From Camelus dromedarius (taxonomy: Eukaryota): a stretch of DNA of 64,000 bases. Made by a program: the position numbers and the translations under genes. Each line of letters starts with the position of its first letter. The stretch's first letter is position 1. A model generated the notes under the pieces. It saw nothing but the letters and a program-made list of their open reading frames with translations, was not told the origin of the DNA and ran no database searches. The DNA lies in the NCBI RefSeq assembly GCF_036321535.1, contig NC_087450.1:49662001-49726000 (forward strand), read 5' to 3'. Below are positions 26,191 through 38,194 of this stretch, one piece after another.

Positions 26191-26649
26191 ACTCGGTGCT
26201 ATTTTCACTGTAACACGCTGTCTCTCTGTCTACTGATTGATTTGGCTGACAAACCCCAGACCCTGGATGAGTGATATGGACCAAAAAGCACATTGCTGAG
26301 AGGCATGGATCTGGCTCCGACTAAGCTCAGCAGAGCAGATGCTGATTTGCTGGAGACAGTGAGAGTGTCATTAAGGAAACAAGATTTCACATCTGGAGCC
26401 ACCAGAGGATCATATATAACCACAGACAATATAATTGTTCATTGTGGGGAACCAGCAACAGGGGCTGTGGGCTTTTCAGACAACAAAAGTCAGTGATAAA
26501 AGATGTCTAAAAAATGCTTCGAGTTGATCTTAACAGATGGGAAACACACAGAAAGTCAGAGGTGACCCGGGAGGGCAAGGGGACGGCAAAATGTGCAAAG
26601 GAAAACCATCCCGTCCTAGAGGTGGGTCTGCTCGGCTACTTCTCCCAGA

Positions 26650-26830
26650 GTGTGATCCGCAGGGCCTGCTGTGGGGCTGAAGGGAACAGCAGGAGGTGTC
26701 CATCACCCGCCGGGGCGCTCCCGCCCGGCGCTCCACCTGCCGCGCAGCGCTCCCCGCTGGGCCTGCAGCCACAGGAAGCAGCGCCGGAGGACGTCACACC
26801 GTGAAAACATCTTGCCTCGGGGACTGTTCG
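26650..26830. promoter_or_regulatory. Small CpG-rich promoter/enhancer-like element
   Basis: CpG-dense ~180 bp with a GC box (cccgccc), an ETS core caggaagc (26772-26779) and CRE/ATF-like gacgtcac (26790-26797). Confidence 0.6.
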
Positions 26831-27076
26831 CCTGTGTTCTGCCCAGCACACCTAGCATTTCAGTGATTGTTCCCTCCTTCAATTATGTCACATAAATACT
26901 TCCATAAAAGTGAGTTTGCAGTGGAAAATCATCTTCTCATCTTGTAGCTTCATGTTAAAATTGTTACTTAGCACAATCATGAATTGGGGTCTCAAAATAC
27001 CAGTCTAAGCATCTTACTTCTCTTCAGGGATAGATGTTTTGGAGAGGGAATTTTTGGAGGCCAGGACACCTCTCAC

Positions 27077-27138
27077 CTGCCGACAGCCTGTTGAAGCCTC
27101 CCTGCTCTTAGAGAGTGTGCTGAATGGCTCAACGGTGG
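27077..27138 (-). other. Candidate 62-nt exon (unassigned transcript)
   Basis: On the minus strand: atttccttctctgccgtag | 62 nt | gtgaga. One frame reads (A)TVEPFSTLSKSREASTGCRQ. No homology recognised. Confidence 0.25.
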
Positions 27139-28074
27139 CTACGGCAGAGAAGGAAATCTGAACAACTGCACAGACTGAAGCTGCCCACAGGACTGGCTGG
27201 CCCCACCTCCGAGGTTTTCTCCACCTCCCTGAGGGGGCTGTGGTTATTCTGCCCACGCTCTTCTCTGCCCTCTAGTGGTCATTTCTTCTCTTGCCTGCTT
27301 TCCTTGCTCTCTTATTAACCTTTGGCTGATCCTACGTGGGCCACCAGCCTGGATAGAAACACACGTCCTCCTGTAGCCTCTGCTGCTAAAACTCCTAGAA
27401 AGAGACAGACTAGCTTCCTTCCAGACCCAAAATTTGACATTGCCACTGCTTTGAAACTTCTCACCATTTTAAATCATCTGTTAAATGGTAGGTTTTACAA
27501 GGCACCTTGAACAGTGTTTTATAAGGCACTTTGTAGGCACTGCTATTAAAGTTAATTGTTTGAGCTGCCATTAAAAGGGATGCCTCTGAAACAAAAGTCC
27601 TTCTCATCATCTCTTTTCTCAGAGGAGCTTATCATCTGTAGGCTCAGCATTTGCCTTAGAACCAGGGCTCACACTGCAGCCAGTGCCTCCTTCCTTCCTG
27701 CAGCAAAGTTACTCTGTTTAGCACAGCATCTGATGTGCATTCCTGGCCCACTGAGGTTTTCACATACATATGCTGTCCCAGATTTACACGAAGGGCCTGA
27801 AACTAGATTTAGATGGGAATTTTTCTTCGAGACTGTTTTCTCTCGTCATTATTGACAGCAAGATGCACTGTGATTTGGGGGGTTGGATGGCTTCCAAGTC
27901 CTTTATACCAATCAATTTCTGGGATTCTTTTGGAAGTCATTGTTTTATTTTGTGCCTCTTAATCACTCTAGGAAGTCGGTCCCTTTCAGAAACCAGGAAG
28001 CACTTGAGTTGAAGACACAGAGGGCTTGTTTCCAGGGAGGGACAGGGAATAGTCTGACAGAAGGCTTAGGTGCT

Positions 28075-28089
28075 GGGGGGGGGGGGGGG
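28075..28089. repeat. G15 homopolymer
   Basis: Directly visible. Confidence 0.95.
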
Positions 28090-28241
28090 AGCAGGAGATA
28101 AGTGGCCAAGGGACACTAGGTGAGGAAGAAAACTCTGGGCAACCAAGAGCAAATACTGACGTCAAGACTGCACTGGCCAGTTCTGCCTGCTAGGCCTTTG
28201 ATTAGTAGCTTAATATTTGTTTTCTTCTAGGTCCACCTTCT

Positions 28242-28270
28242 CAAAACAAAAACAAAAACAAAAACAAAAA
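28242..28270. repeat. (CAAAAA)n simple repeat
   Basis: Directly visible. Confidence 0.9.
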
Positions 28271-28388
28271 CCAAACCTTAGTTCTCAGGTTGACCTTTGG
28301 CACTCAGAAGTGGCATTGCTTCCAGAATACACATTCTGGTTTAATGGCTGCTGTGTGTGACCTCAGATGTCTCACTCAACCTTCTCAA

Positions 28389-28567
28389 CGCAGTGTTTCA
28401 TTAAGTGTTGCTGAGAGACCGCCTGTATCAGATCTTTGCTAAAAGGCAGATTCCTGGGTCCTGCCACAAACCTACTGAGTCAGAATCTTCAAAGGCAGGG
28501 CTCGGGGAATCTGCATTTGTTGTAAAATTCCCTAGGTAATTCTTAGACACGATGAAATGGGCAAACT
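28389..28567. mobile_element. MER5-type hAT-Charlie DNA transposon remnant
   Basis: cagtgtttc...gcagattcctgggtcctgccacaaacctactgagtcagaatc...ggaatctgcattt...ttccctaggtaattc. Confidence 0.85.
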
Positions 28568-29250
28568 GTTCACCTAGCTCATAAGGACACTGCCACTTAC
28601 GGTGCCTAAATGATTTCAAAGTACTGGGTTCAACTGAGACATCAGAGGAAGCACCATCTTGCCGTTTTACTAAAAGCCCTTCTTCCCACGTGAACTTTGT
28701 CAGAACAACCTTGAAATGCCAACATGAAAAACGAAAATGCCATTAGGCCCCACTTAGTAACTGCAGAGTTAGTGGGTAGTTTTATAGGTTTTTTTTTTTC
28801 AAGCCATTGGGTACAAATTATATTTTCTACTGTGTCAGCGTTCTTCTAATTCAAGTTTCCACTGGTAATCTGTTTTGCTGTGAATACTGGGTAAACTTCA
28901 TGCCCAGCAGCGAAAATTTTTGGATGCAACAACTCATTTACTGAATTCTCAGACATTCATCGAGGAATGGAAGCATGATTTTGTAGAATTGAATTTTAGA
29001 GCTCTTACGCAACTGAAAATTATATGGACCAATTTCCTCATTTTAAATTAGCAGCATTAACATGACTTTTCTCTTCCCTTCCCCATCCCTATCCCCAACT
29101 CATCATCGCTTGCCTAATTCTAAACACCCTTCAGCTCCAATGCCACATCCTTAGCCTTGCTGGATCTGCTCTTTCCCACTTCTGTGCTGCCTCAGGACTT
29201 TGTCTCAACCTTTTAAAGCATGCAGCACGTCTGTCTGATATTAGTTTCAT

Positions 29251-29326
29251 TTATATATATATAATTATTTATATATATATATATATATATAACTGAAAAA
29301 TATATATAATATATATATATATATAT
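29251..29326. repeat. Interrupted (TA)n microsatellite
   Basis: Directly visible. Confidence 0.95.
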
Positions 29327-29479
29327 TTTTTTATAGTGAATCCTTGAAAACAGAAACTGTAGCTTGTTTGGCCCTATAACTTGTAGGCAGTGCAGGGTCC
29401 TCAGTAAGTGTTTGATCAATTTTAGTCGGAAAACTTGGCGCAGGGCTTGCTGGCAGGTAGGGGCGGCATTGATATTCCT

Positions 29480-29645
29480 ATTATTACTATTAATTGCAGA
29501 CATCTATTTAGTTCTTGCCATGCACATTTCTAAGTGCTTTACAGAGGCACCAACAGAACAAATAACTTGCCCTTAATTATCGGACTGGAAAGGGAGAGTG
29601 CCATGATTTGAACAGGAAAATCTGAATCCAGAGACTCTTACGACT
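29480..29645 (-). mobile_element. MIR fragment
   Basis: ctaagtgctttaca...aataacttgccc...gatttgaacagg...tctgaatccagag. Confidence 0.7.
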
Positions 29646-30239
29646 CTCACTCTGCATTGCTGCTCATATTGGCACAAGAGCCACTCCTTCCACAGCCCCC
29701 TTTTCATGCTGTGCACACGATCATGGTCAAAGATGGGAAACTTAAGACCACAAGCACTCACTGCCCAAGAAACTGCATTCTGTTACAAGTTAGAGTGACT
29801 GAATTTCACAACATGGCCACAGAACCATGCAATGTCAAGAACAGGACCAGAATGGATACGTGTTTAATGTCTTTATACATTTCTCATGACATGAGTATAT
29901 GAAGCTTGAGATACATGAAATCAGCCCATCAATAGTTGTTAAAGGAATAAAAATTACATAAATAGTCATTTTGCCACTCCCATAACTAATCTGGAAGGAA
30001 AAGGCTACGAGAGACTCATATGGGAATTCTGAAGTCTTTCTGGGGATATGACCAAGAAAATGTGCATGAAGAGGACAGGAAACCAATGCAAAAAGTAGGC
30101 ATGTGTTTGTCATCTATATAAATCTATATACTTTCTAGTCACGATCTCAGCTGTATTGACTTGGTTTTCAGCTACCAGTGGCCTCTTCTCTAACCTCCAT
30201 CTGAGTTGTTACCCAGTTTTGTTGCTTCTTGTCCTCCAG

Positions 30240-30735
30240 TCTATTAAATCCATTTCACCACCAAGTAAGTGGTGGTTGGTAAATTAATCCAGCCGATCAG
30301 AAACCCGAGATCACCAGCTTTCTCAGTGACCTTCCATCAAGCTAAATCGCACATCTACCTGCCTGCTTCCAATATCTCAACCTCACCCAGACAGACACTG
30401 TCATTTCAGGTTTCCTTGACTCTGTACCTCAGCACAACTCAGCCTACCTGGTGATTAAATGCCACCATTGTTCTTGTTCAGCCCTTACAGCAACCTGTGT
30501 GAAACCTTACAAGCCCTGCTGGTATCATTGTCTAAACACTCCCACTTCCATATTCCTTATTATAAAATATCACAGTATTGGTGATTTTGAAGACAGTATA
30601 ACTATCTGTGTGCCTGTCTTTCCCGCTTCTAGTGTAAGCTCCTAGAAATCAGGAGCAATATCTTTTTTTAAAAAACTAGTCTCCCCACAGAGTACTGAAC
30701 ACGTACCTTGCTTATAGAACTTGTTTAATAAAGGT
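30240..30735 (+). mobile_element. L2 3' fragment
   Basis: Ends in an L2 tail: ctagtgtaagctcctagaaatcaggagc...ttgtttaataaa. Confidence 0.7.
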
Positions 30736-30839
30736 ATGTCTAATTTAACAGAAAACATAGAATAAAGATCCTTGACGTGAACACTCAGTGTTTACTTCTA
30801 CTTCTGATAGGTTTATGTTTTTTTTTAATGGTTTGCTAT

Positions 30840-31349
30840 AGATTTTTTTAAAAAGCCCACAGTCTTTCATTGCCCCTGTGCCCATGCTCTTTGTGATGTA
30901 TTAAAATGAGATGGTGCAGCTCCTTTCATCAAGAAATGGAGTTTATTTCCTCTCCATTTGATTCTGGGCTATCTTTATAGCTTGCTTTGACATCAGAATT
31001 TAGTGGAGATGATGGTGTACCAGTTGTGAACTAACCCTTCCAAGGCCTTGTACGCTCTGCTTGCTGTTTTGGAACCCAGGAACCAGCATGAGGACAAGCC
31101 TGGCTTAGGCTGCTGGAGGACTGGAGACATTTGTCCCTGTCATCCTGTTGCCCCAGCCAACAGCCAACCCACCTCCGAAGGACTGCTGCCTGGCTGACCT
31201 GCAGCTGCTGGCAGACACAGGAGAGGGCCAAGATGCAACAAAACTGCCCAGCTGAATCAAGCCTAAATTATAAACTAGCTAAATGGCTGCTGTTTAAAAC
31301 CACTAAATTATGCAGTGACTTGTTACACATTAGTCAGCTAACTGAAACA
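30840..31349 (+). mobile_element. MaLR LTR (MLT1F/G-like)
   Basis: catcaagaaatggagtttatttcctctcc...aactgcccagctgaatcaagcc...ggctgctgtttaaaaccactaaatt...ctaactgaaaca. Confidence 0.9.
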
Positions 31350-32689
31350 AGTTCTAAGTGTTCTTATCTGGTGATGTTAATTGCCTTTTGCAGTAAAGAA
31401 GAACCTACAGCCGAGTCCTCAGGGGCCCCAGATGCAGGCTGGACCCCACCCTGGCTCTTTGTCAGCCCTCTGGTGTTGGGTGTCAGATTACCGGTGCTCC
31501 TCCCTGCTTTGGCTTCAGCTGTTACTCTCCAGGTTTGCTCAAACTTGGGAGTTTTAATCTCATGTTAATAAATATGTGTCTGTTCAAGCAATTTGTTTGG
31601 GTATAATTATGCCAGTCTCCTAGGAAGTTACTGCCACCTAAGTTATTACAGATTCACCTTGGAGACACTGCATCTGGCTGGTTCTTGTTCAGTCAAGTGC
31701 TCCCTTGCCAGAGACCAATACACAATGCTCTAAAGCTCTCTCTGCTTAAATTCCTCTGCCTTTTTGGCATGACTCTTGCCAGCAATATCCAGCATAAAAC
31801 ACAGCTCTGGAGAACCAAAAGGAGCTGGTATGTCCAGAAGCATGTTGCAGTAAGAGGCTGTGAAACTTAAAAAGACAGTATTAGTTTGAATTCAAGTTTT
31901 TGTTTTTCTTTTCTTCTTATTGTCTTGAGAAAATGAAGTTGTTTTTACTTCTGTGGAATAGCCTGCCTTATAGAAGAACCGACAGAAACTTCAATGTCCT
32001 GATATTAGACATCTTTGATCCCCAGGTATGCTGTGGACATTCCTTCACTGGAAAGTCTATTTCTACCGGGGCCGTCATAGAATAGTGATCTGTGGCCATA
32101 ATAAAGTGGATAACTTACCAAAAAAGACCCCTGTGCCTTCAAGCAATGGCAGTCCAAAGCCAGAGTATTGGTAGATGTCCACCCCAGATGCAAGTGACAA
32201 AAGGAAATATTGCTTGTAGAGAATTTAAAAACAATAATAAAACGGACAAAAAAAAAAATCAGTGTGCTTGTGTTATTATCATGAGCCAGCATTTCTAAAC
32301 ACTGCGAGTGATAAGATACTGCTTTCCGCTGGGATTCCATCACTCTGACCTTAGCACACCCCACCTTCCGATGTGTGCTCTTCTCTTCAGAGGAACTCTT
32401 TAAGGGGGCTGCACACCTAACCTCATGATCTGGCAAAATTAGACCACTTGAGGAACCTCCCTACAGGAGCTGCCTTCAGTCATTCTTCTCAATTAACATC
32501 CTCAATAAGAAGAAGTACATATTCATTGAGGCTGGAAACAGCTGAAAGCCAGACTGTTCTCTGCTACCCCAGCAGGTAGTCAGCAGGGATTGTGAGGGTT
32601 CTTGGCCCTCCCACGAGTGGAAAAGCAAAGATAGGGAACATACCCACCCAAAGTTCCTCATTCCAAATCCAAAACTACATGTGTAATGA

Positions 32690-35070
32690 CACAAGGAATC
32701 TCAGCAGAGAGACAGAAAATTCAAAATACAAAAGGAATTAAATAAGTCAAGTGGAAATGAAAAAAGATACAATATTAGAAATTAAGAACCCATTAATGAT
32801 ATTAACAATAAAGTGACACAACAGAAAAGAATTAAAGAACTATAATATTGGAACATATAAAGAACCCAAGCTAAAATACAAACAATAGTAGAAAAAATTG
32901 AACAGAACATCTCTTTAGAACAGTATTGAATGGCCTAACATATGAATAATTGGAGTCCTGGAAGGAGACATTGCATAGGTCAGCAGAAATATTTGAAGAG
33001 CTACTGGCTGAGAATTTTCAAAATTTTTTTAAGACACCAAATCATAAATTAAAGAAACTCATTGAAACTTAGGCAGGATAAATTAAAATAAAAACAGAGC
33101 AATGCATACCATCATCACACTTCCAAAAACAAAAGATAAGAAAAAATCATTAAAAGCATCAGAGGAAAGATTATACAAAAGAGAAACTGGTATAAAAAAA
33201 TAAATAAAAACAAAAACAAAACAAAAAACCCCCAAACAACTAGCTTGTCACCCAAAACAATGGAGGCCAGAAAGTCAAAGAAACAGCACCTGTAAAAGGT
33301 TTAAAGAAAAAATTCTGTGTCAATCTAAAATTTTATCCTAAAAAAAAGGACGGCAAAATAATGACATTTTAGACAGAAAAACAAAGTTGACATAATTTGA
33401 TTTCAATAGATCTGCACTACAAGAACAACTGGGAGAATTTTTCAGGCTGAAAGGAAATGATAATGGATGGAAACCCAGATGAGCAAAAGGCATGATGCAA
33501 CTCGAATAAGATTTGTATATTAGATAACAATATTCTATCAATTTTTTTTTCGGTTTGGTATGTATGGTATTGTGGTTGTATTAAGATTTTAATATTTGGG
33601 AATTTGGAGTGCATTCTTTGTATTGTTTTTATAATTCTTTGTAAGTCTGATAAAATTTCAAATTTTAAAGTTAAAAAACAGATTAAAAGAAGGAATAAGG
33701 TTGGCACTTGATGTCAAAACTTACTAGAAAGCTACAGTAATCAGACTCTGATATTAATGTCTTGTAGATAGATTACATCTATAAGTGATACAGAGCAATA
33801 AAAGCGAAACAGGGAGTCCAGAAGGAGGCACCCACATACATGTTAGGTTAATTTATGTTCAAGGTATGAAGATAATTCAACAGGGAAAGGATCGTTTTTT
33901 TGAATAAATGGTATCAGAACAACTGGATATCTGTATGGAAAAGAAATTAGCTAAAACCCTTACCTCACACCCTACATAAAAGTCTATTTGAAATGGATCA
34001 TAACCCAAAATTTAAAAGAGAAAACTATGAAACTTCTAGCATTTTACATACTCAGTGAAAGGAATAATTATTATATAGGACACCAAAAGCATAAACCTTA
34101 AAACAATTCATAAGTTGGATTTTTTCAAAATAAAAACTTTTTGCTTATTGAAAGAAACAGGTAAGGAAATGTAAAAGCAAGCCCAGACTGAATGAAATAC
34201 TATATATGAAAGTATCTAAATGCATCTGGCAAAAAACTTACATCCAAACTATATAAAACACTGCTACAAATCAGCAATAAAAACATAATGCAATAAAAAT
34301 TTGAGCAAAATATTTGAACAGACACTTCATAAATAAATGATGTGCAAAGGGCCAATAGACACATGAAGAGATAATCAATGTCATTAATCATCAGGGAACT
34401 GCAAATTTTTTAAAAAATTTTTAAAATTATTTCACAATCACTAGAATAGCTAAAATTAAAAAACAAAAGACTGAAAATACCAAATGTTGATGAAAATTTG
34501 GAGCAACTGGAGCTCTTGTACTAGTAAGAATATAAGATCATTCATCATCTTTGAAGAACTGTTTGGCAATATCTGCAGAAGTATACACATACCCTATGAC
34601 CCAGTAATTATACTTCTAGGTATTTACCCGGAGAAATGAAAATACATGCCCACAGAAGACCTGTGATAGCCTTATTCATAATAGTCAAAAACTACAGATA
34701 GGTCAAAAGTTCTTTAACAAGAATATTGATAAATTCTGGTATATTCATACAATGGAATACGATTCAGCAACAGAAAGGAACAAACTAACACATCAACATG
34801 AGTGAATTTCAAAAACATTATGTTGAGAGAGAGAAGTCAATCACAAAAGGCACATGCTACATATTTAGATGAAATCAAAGAATAGGCAACACTAAAATGA
34901 TGGTAATCAGGACATTGGGAGATTCTGGATTGGAAAGAAGAAGAGAGCTTTCTTGGATGAAGATGATATTCTGTATCTTATTTTGAGTACTGGTTACATG
35001 GGGATATGTGAATGTCAAAAGTATTCAAATTGAACAGTTTAGATCAGTGCATTTTATTGTATGCAAATCA
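32690..35070 (+). mobile_element. Old LINE-1 (L1M-type): ORF1 remnant, then the 3' part of ORF2 and 3' UTR (possibly two elements)
   Basis: ORF1-like at 32700-33500 (taattggagtcctggaagg; ctgagaattttcaaaat). ORF2-like from 33715 (agaaagctacagtaatc; taccctatgacccagtaattatacttctagg). 3' UTR to ~35070. Confidence 0.9.
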
Positions 35071-35074
35071 TACC

Positions 35075-35170
35075 TCCAAAAATAGAAGAGAGGGGGAGGG
35101 AGGAAGAGAGGGAGAGATGAGAGGAAGGGAGAGCTGGAGGGAGCAGGGAAGAAAGGGAGGGCAGGATGGT
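35075..35170. repeat. Purine-rich (GA/GGA) low-complexity tract
   Basis: Directly visible; follows the L1 3' end. Confidence 0.85.
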
Positions 35171-36724
35171 GAAAACAGACCATATGCTCATATTTGAGCC
35201 CAAATGAGCCAAATTAATTAAAAACAGACTTCAAAATTCATGGTAGCAGTATTAGGTTTTTCAAAGAACAAATATTGTTACATAGTTTTCAAGTTAACTC
35301 ACCATTACATTGACAAGGAAATTAACAATTCAATTGTCAAATCTGCTCTCTTTCTGTGTGTATAGAGTACAATGCATAGAAGCTGATTTTTTTTTTAATG
35401 CTGAAGTCTTAAAAATCAGATTGCCAGATGAATTTCATTCCAAAATGAGTAATTATTTCCAGGTTTGAGATTGTACACAGGAGGGCCAGTGCCATCTCTC
35501 TCAGATACCCAGTAGACAACAGAGCTTCTTTCTGCCCCCAGCAGGATGTAGAAAGTTTCCTTCAGAACATGAATTCAAAAGTCCTATTAAGAAGTTTCTG
35601 GAAACCTAGCCTAAAAATTAAAATTTCAGCCTCAGCAGCCTCTTCTCTCTCATCCTTCCCCCTCTTAAGAAGAAAAAAAAAAAATCAACAGCGAGGACCT
35701 TGTGCTCTTTAGAGAAGCTCCACTTTTGAAAGTAAACACCAGGTTTAATTACTTGCAGGTCATCTATTTTAGCTTCATTATTCATCCTTTAGCAGAAGAT
35801 ACAGCAAAACGAAGAGAAGATTTGCTTGAAAAGATCACATGGATTAGTATATGAAAGTAATGTGAAGGTGTACTTCATGTACATAAGCAGCCACTTATTT
35901 CTCCAAGCAGGTTTTTTTTAATTTAACTTTTCTGAAAATGACCATGATCAGTTTCTGATAATTAGATCTGGCGATTCAAGCATTTCTGTCATTTTTCTCT
36001 AAATTTGTTTATTCCTTCTTTCAGTCTCCCAAGAAGAGGGCGCAGGAAACTTGTTTTTTGGGGGTAAAGGTCAAGTGAATGACATTGCATTGATTTATTT
36101 ATTTTTGGTCTGTTTGGAGAGATGGTGTCAATTAAGAGTCCTTTCTCTCCTCACTTCTTCCCTGGGGTGACAGCTAAATTCCAGGGGATTTTTCCAGTGT
36201 CCAGAAATCAGCAGGGAGATGAGCTCTCATCTAAGACTATCCCATGAACTCAACTGGTGTCCCCTGAGATACAATTTGTCTCATCTGTCTTTGGCTGTAG
36301 ACATGTCTAGTTCTCAGCGACTGGCATGTCTTCAAATGTGTTTTCTGAGCCAGACCCTTCCTGCCTCTGCATTCACTGTCCACACTCCCGTCTTTGGCTG
36401 TCCCTCACCCAGTTTCTAAGCCGCTTTAGGACACCAGATCTGTCCCTCAGCTAACTTCTGTCCCTGCTCAGGGGTGAACATGACTGGTTTGGCTGTGCTG
36501 CACTTTTTTTTTTTTTTTTTTCATTTTTCTTTGAGGGAGAAGGAGGATCTTCTGAGCTGTGTAAGCCCTGCGCCTTGAGGATGGGTAAAGTAATGTAGTG
36601 TAAAAATAGGATAGAGATTTAAAGTTGGGCTCTCAGAGATACAATCGCTGTGATTATAGGATTTAGCACATGAAGATTATTGACTGAAATCAGAAGTGCC
36701 AAATGTGTGACCTTTCAAATATTA

Positions 36725-36860
36725 TTTATTCATGCAACACATGTTAATTGGATGTGTACTATGTGACAGACACCATTCTAGAAACTAGGGCCACAGAGAA
36801 CAATGATAAGAAAGACATAATCTCTGTCCTCTTGAAACTCACCAACTAGAAGCAAAGCCA
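36725..36860 (-). mobile_element. L2 3' fragment
   Basis: tactatgtgacagacaccattctagaaactagg...atctctgtcctcttgaaactcac. Confidence 0.75.
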
Positions 36861-37285
36861 AAGAGTGGACAGGTAATTTCAGGTTTTGCACTGATTTGGG
36901 GAAGAGCACATGAAATGGGCCGTAACTCTTAGGGGAAAGAGGAACATTCAACAGTGTCCTCCCCTGGTTTTTATAAATTAATCATTATTTTTACACTGTA
37001 GGCACTGAGACTCTTAGATTTGAAACTCAGAAGGCCGACCCTATAGCAAAGAAAGGGTGATCCTAATTACAATATAAGTGTCAATAAGACTTTAATTCAT
37101 GAATTTGCTAATGGTGATCCCTGCTGTTCAAAAACAGATATAAATGTGATTTTCTCTCTGCTCGATTGCCCTCTGTTCCGCCTTTCCACTGAGCTTTCTC
37201 AGCAGCATCTACCTGTGACACTCACTCACTGAAGAAAGAGCTGACAGCAGTGAGAAGTTGGACTAATCTTCTCATCTTTCCTTAG

Positions 37286-37555
37286 CCAGGCACAGTAGCC
37301 CTCCTGGTTCAGACTTAACCAGTGCCCAGACAGGAGTAGCAGCAGATCAAAATGCTGCAGCTCCAAAGGAACAGCAACCCTCGCCCCTTTGAGATGGCCG
37401 TCTGCCTCCTCAGCATAGGGTCAAGGTTATTTTCCCCCAGTAAGACCAAGACAACTCCTTTTTGGTGCTCCCACTATTCACAGCTGCCGTTGGCATCCCG
37501 TGGTGTCTGCTTCAGAGGTCAGGCTGCAACTTTCGATTCACACCATTTGATTAAA
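37286..37555 (+). other. Candidate terminal exon (unassigned transcript)
   Basis: Branch point-like ctaat (37263-37267), pyrimidine tract and AG at 37284-37285; a 34-codon open frame to TGA at 37390-37392; ATTAAA at 37550-37555. Confidence 0.2.
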
Positions 37556-38194
37556 AAAATCAGAGATGTGTTGCCCTTGGAAATCGGCTGCAGTAAAAAT
37601 AGATCAAAATACCCAGTGTCTCCAGGAAAGCTCTGGTTATTGTCTCTTTATCCAATTTCTTTAAATTTGTAAAGGCAGGAAGAGCTCTAGGTCTCTGAAG
37701 AAATTGTACAGCTAAGAGTAAATTTAATAATATAAACTTTTCTCCTGCACAATGATAGTGACTCACAAAAATCTGAACTCACTAAGCATTTACGGTTGTG
37801 ACATCCTGGGGAAAAGCAAGAAGTTGGAACTCATATTTATCTTTCCATAATTAGACTTTGCTCTAGCTGTCACAAGGAACATCTCGGTGCTCTGAGACAC
37901 CAACAGCATTCAAATTTAGAGTGATGCTAAAAATGAAGGCAGATTCCACTTCCAAGCAAGCTGATCAGTTTGGAGAAATATCCCAAAAGAAGGCATGTCA
38001 TTCAGAGTGTTGTTTAAACTCAATGGTTTCTTTGGAGTTACTTCCACCTCTCAGGCAAACCCATCAACTTGAAAGAGACACAGGCTGCACATTAAACATC
38101 TCCAAAGACCTTTTTGGAGAGAGAGATTAATGTGAGTGGTCATTAAAAGCTGTGTCAGGGCCTCGTAAACACAGGCACCGTGCAGAGTTTACAG

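Noticed and set aside
26293-26496. Protein-looking ORF MLRGMDLAPTKLSRADADLL...
   Set aside because: TTG start, a stop shortly upstream, no splice acceptor and no recognised family.
31398-31534. Plus-strand AG...GTTTGC segment with two open frames
   Set aside because: The donor is poor and the segment lies just beyond an LTR; no supporting evidence.
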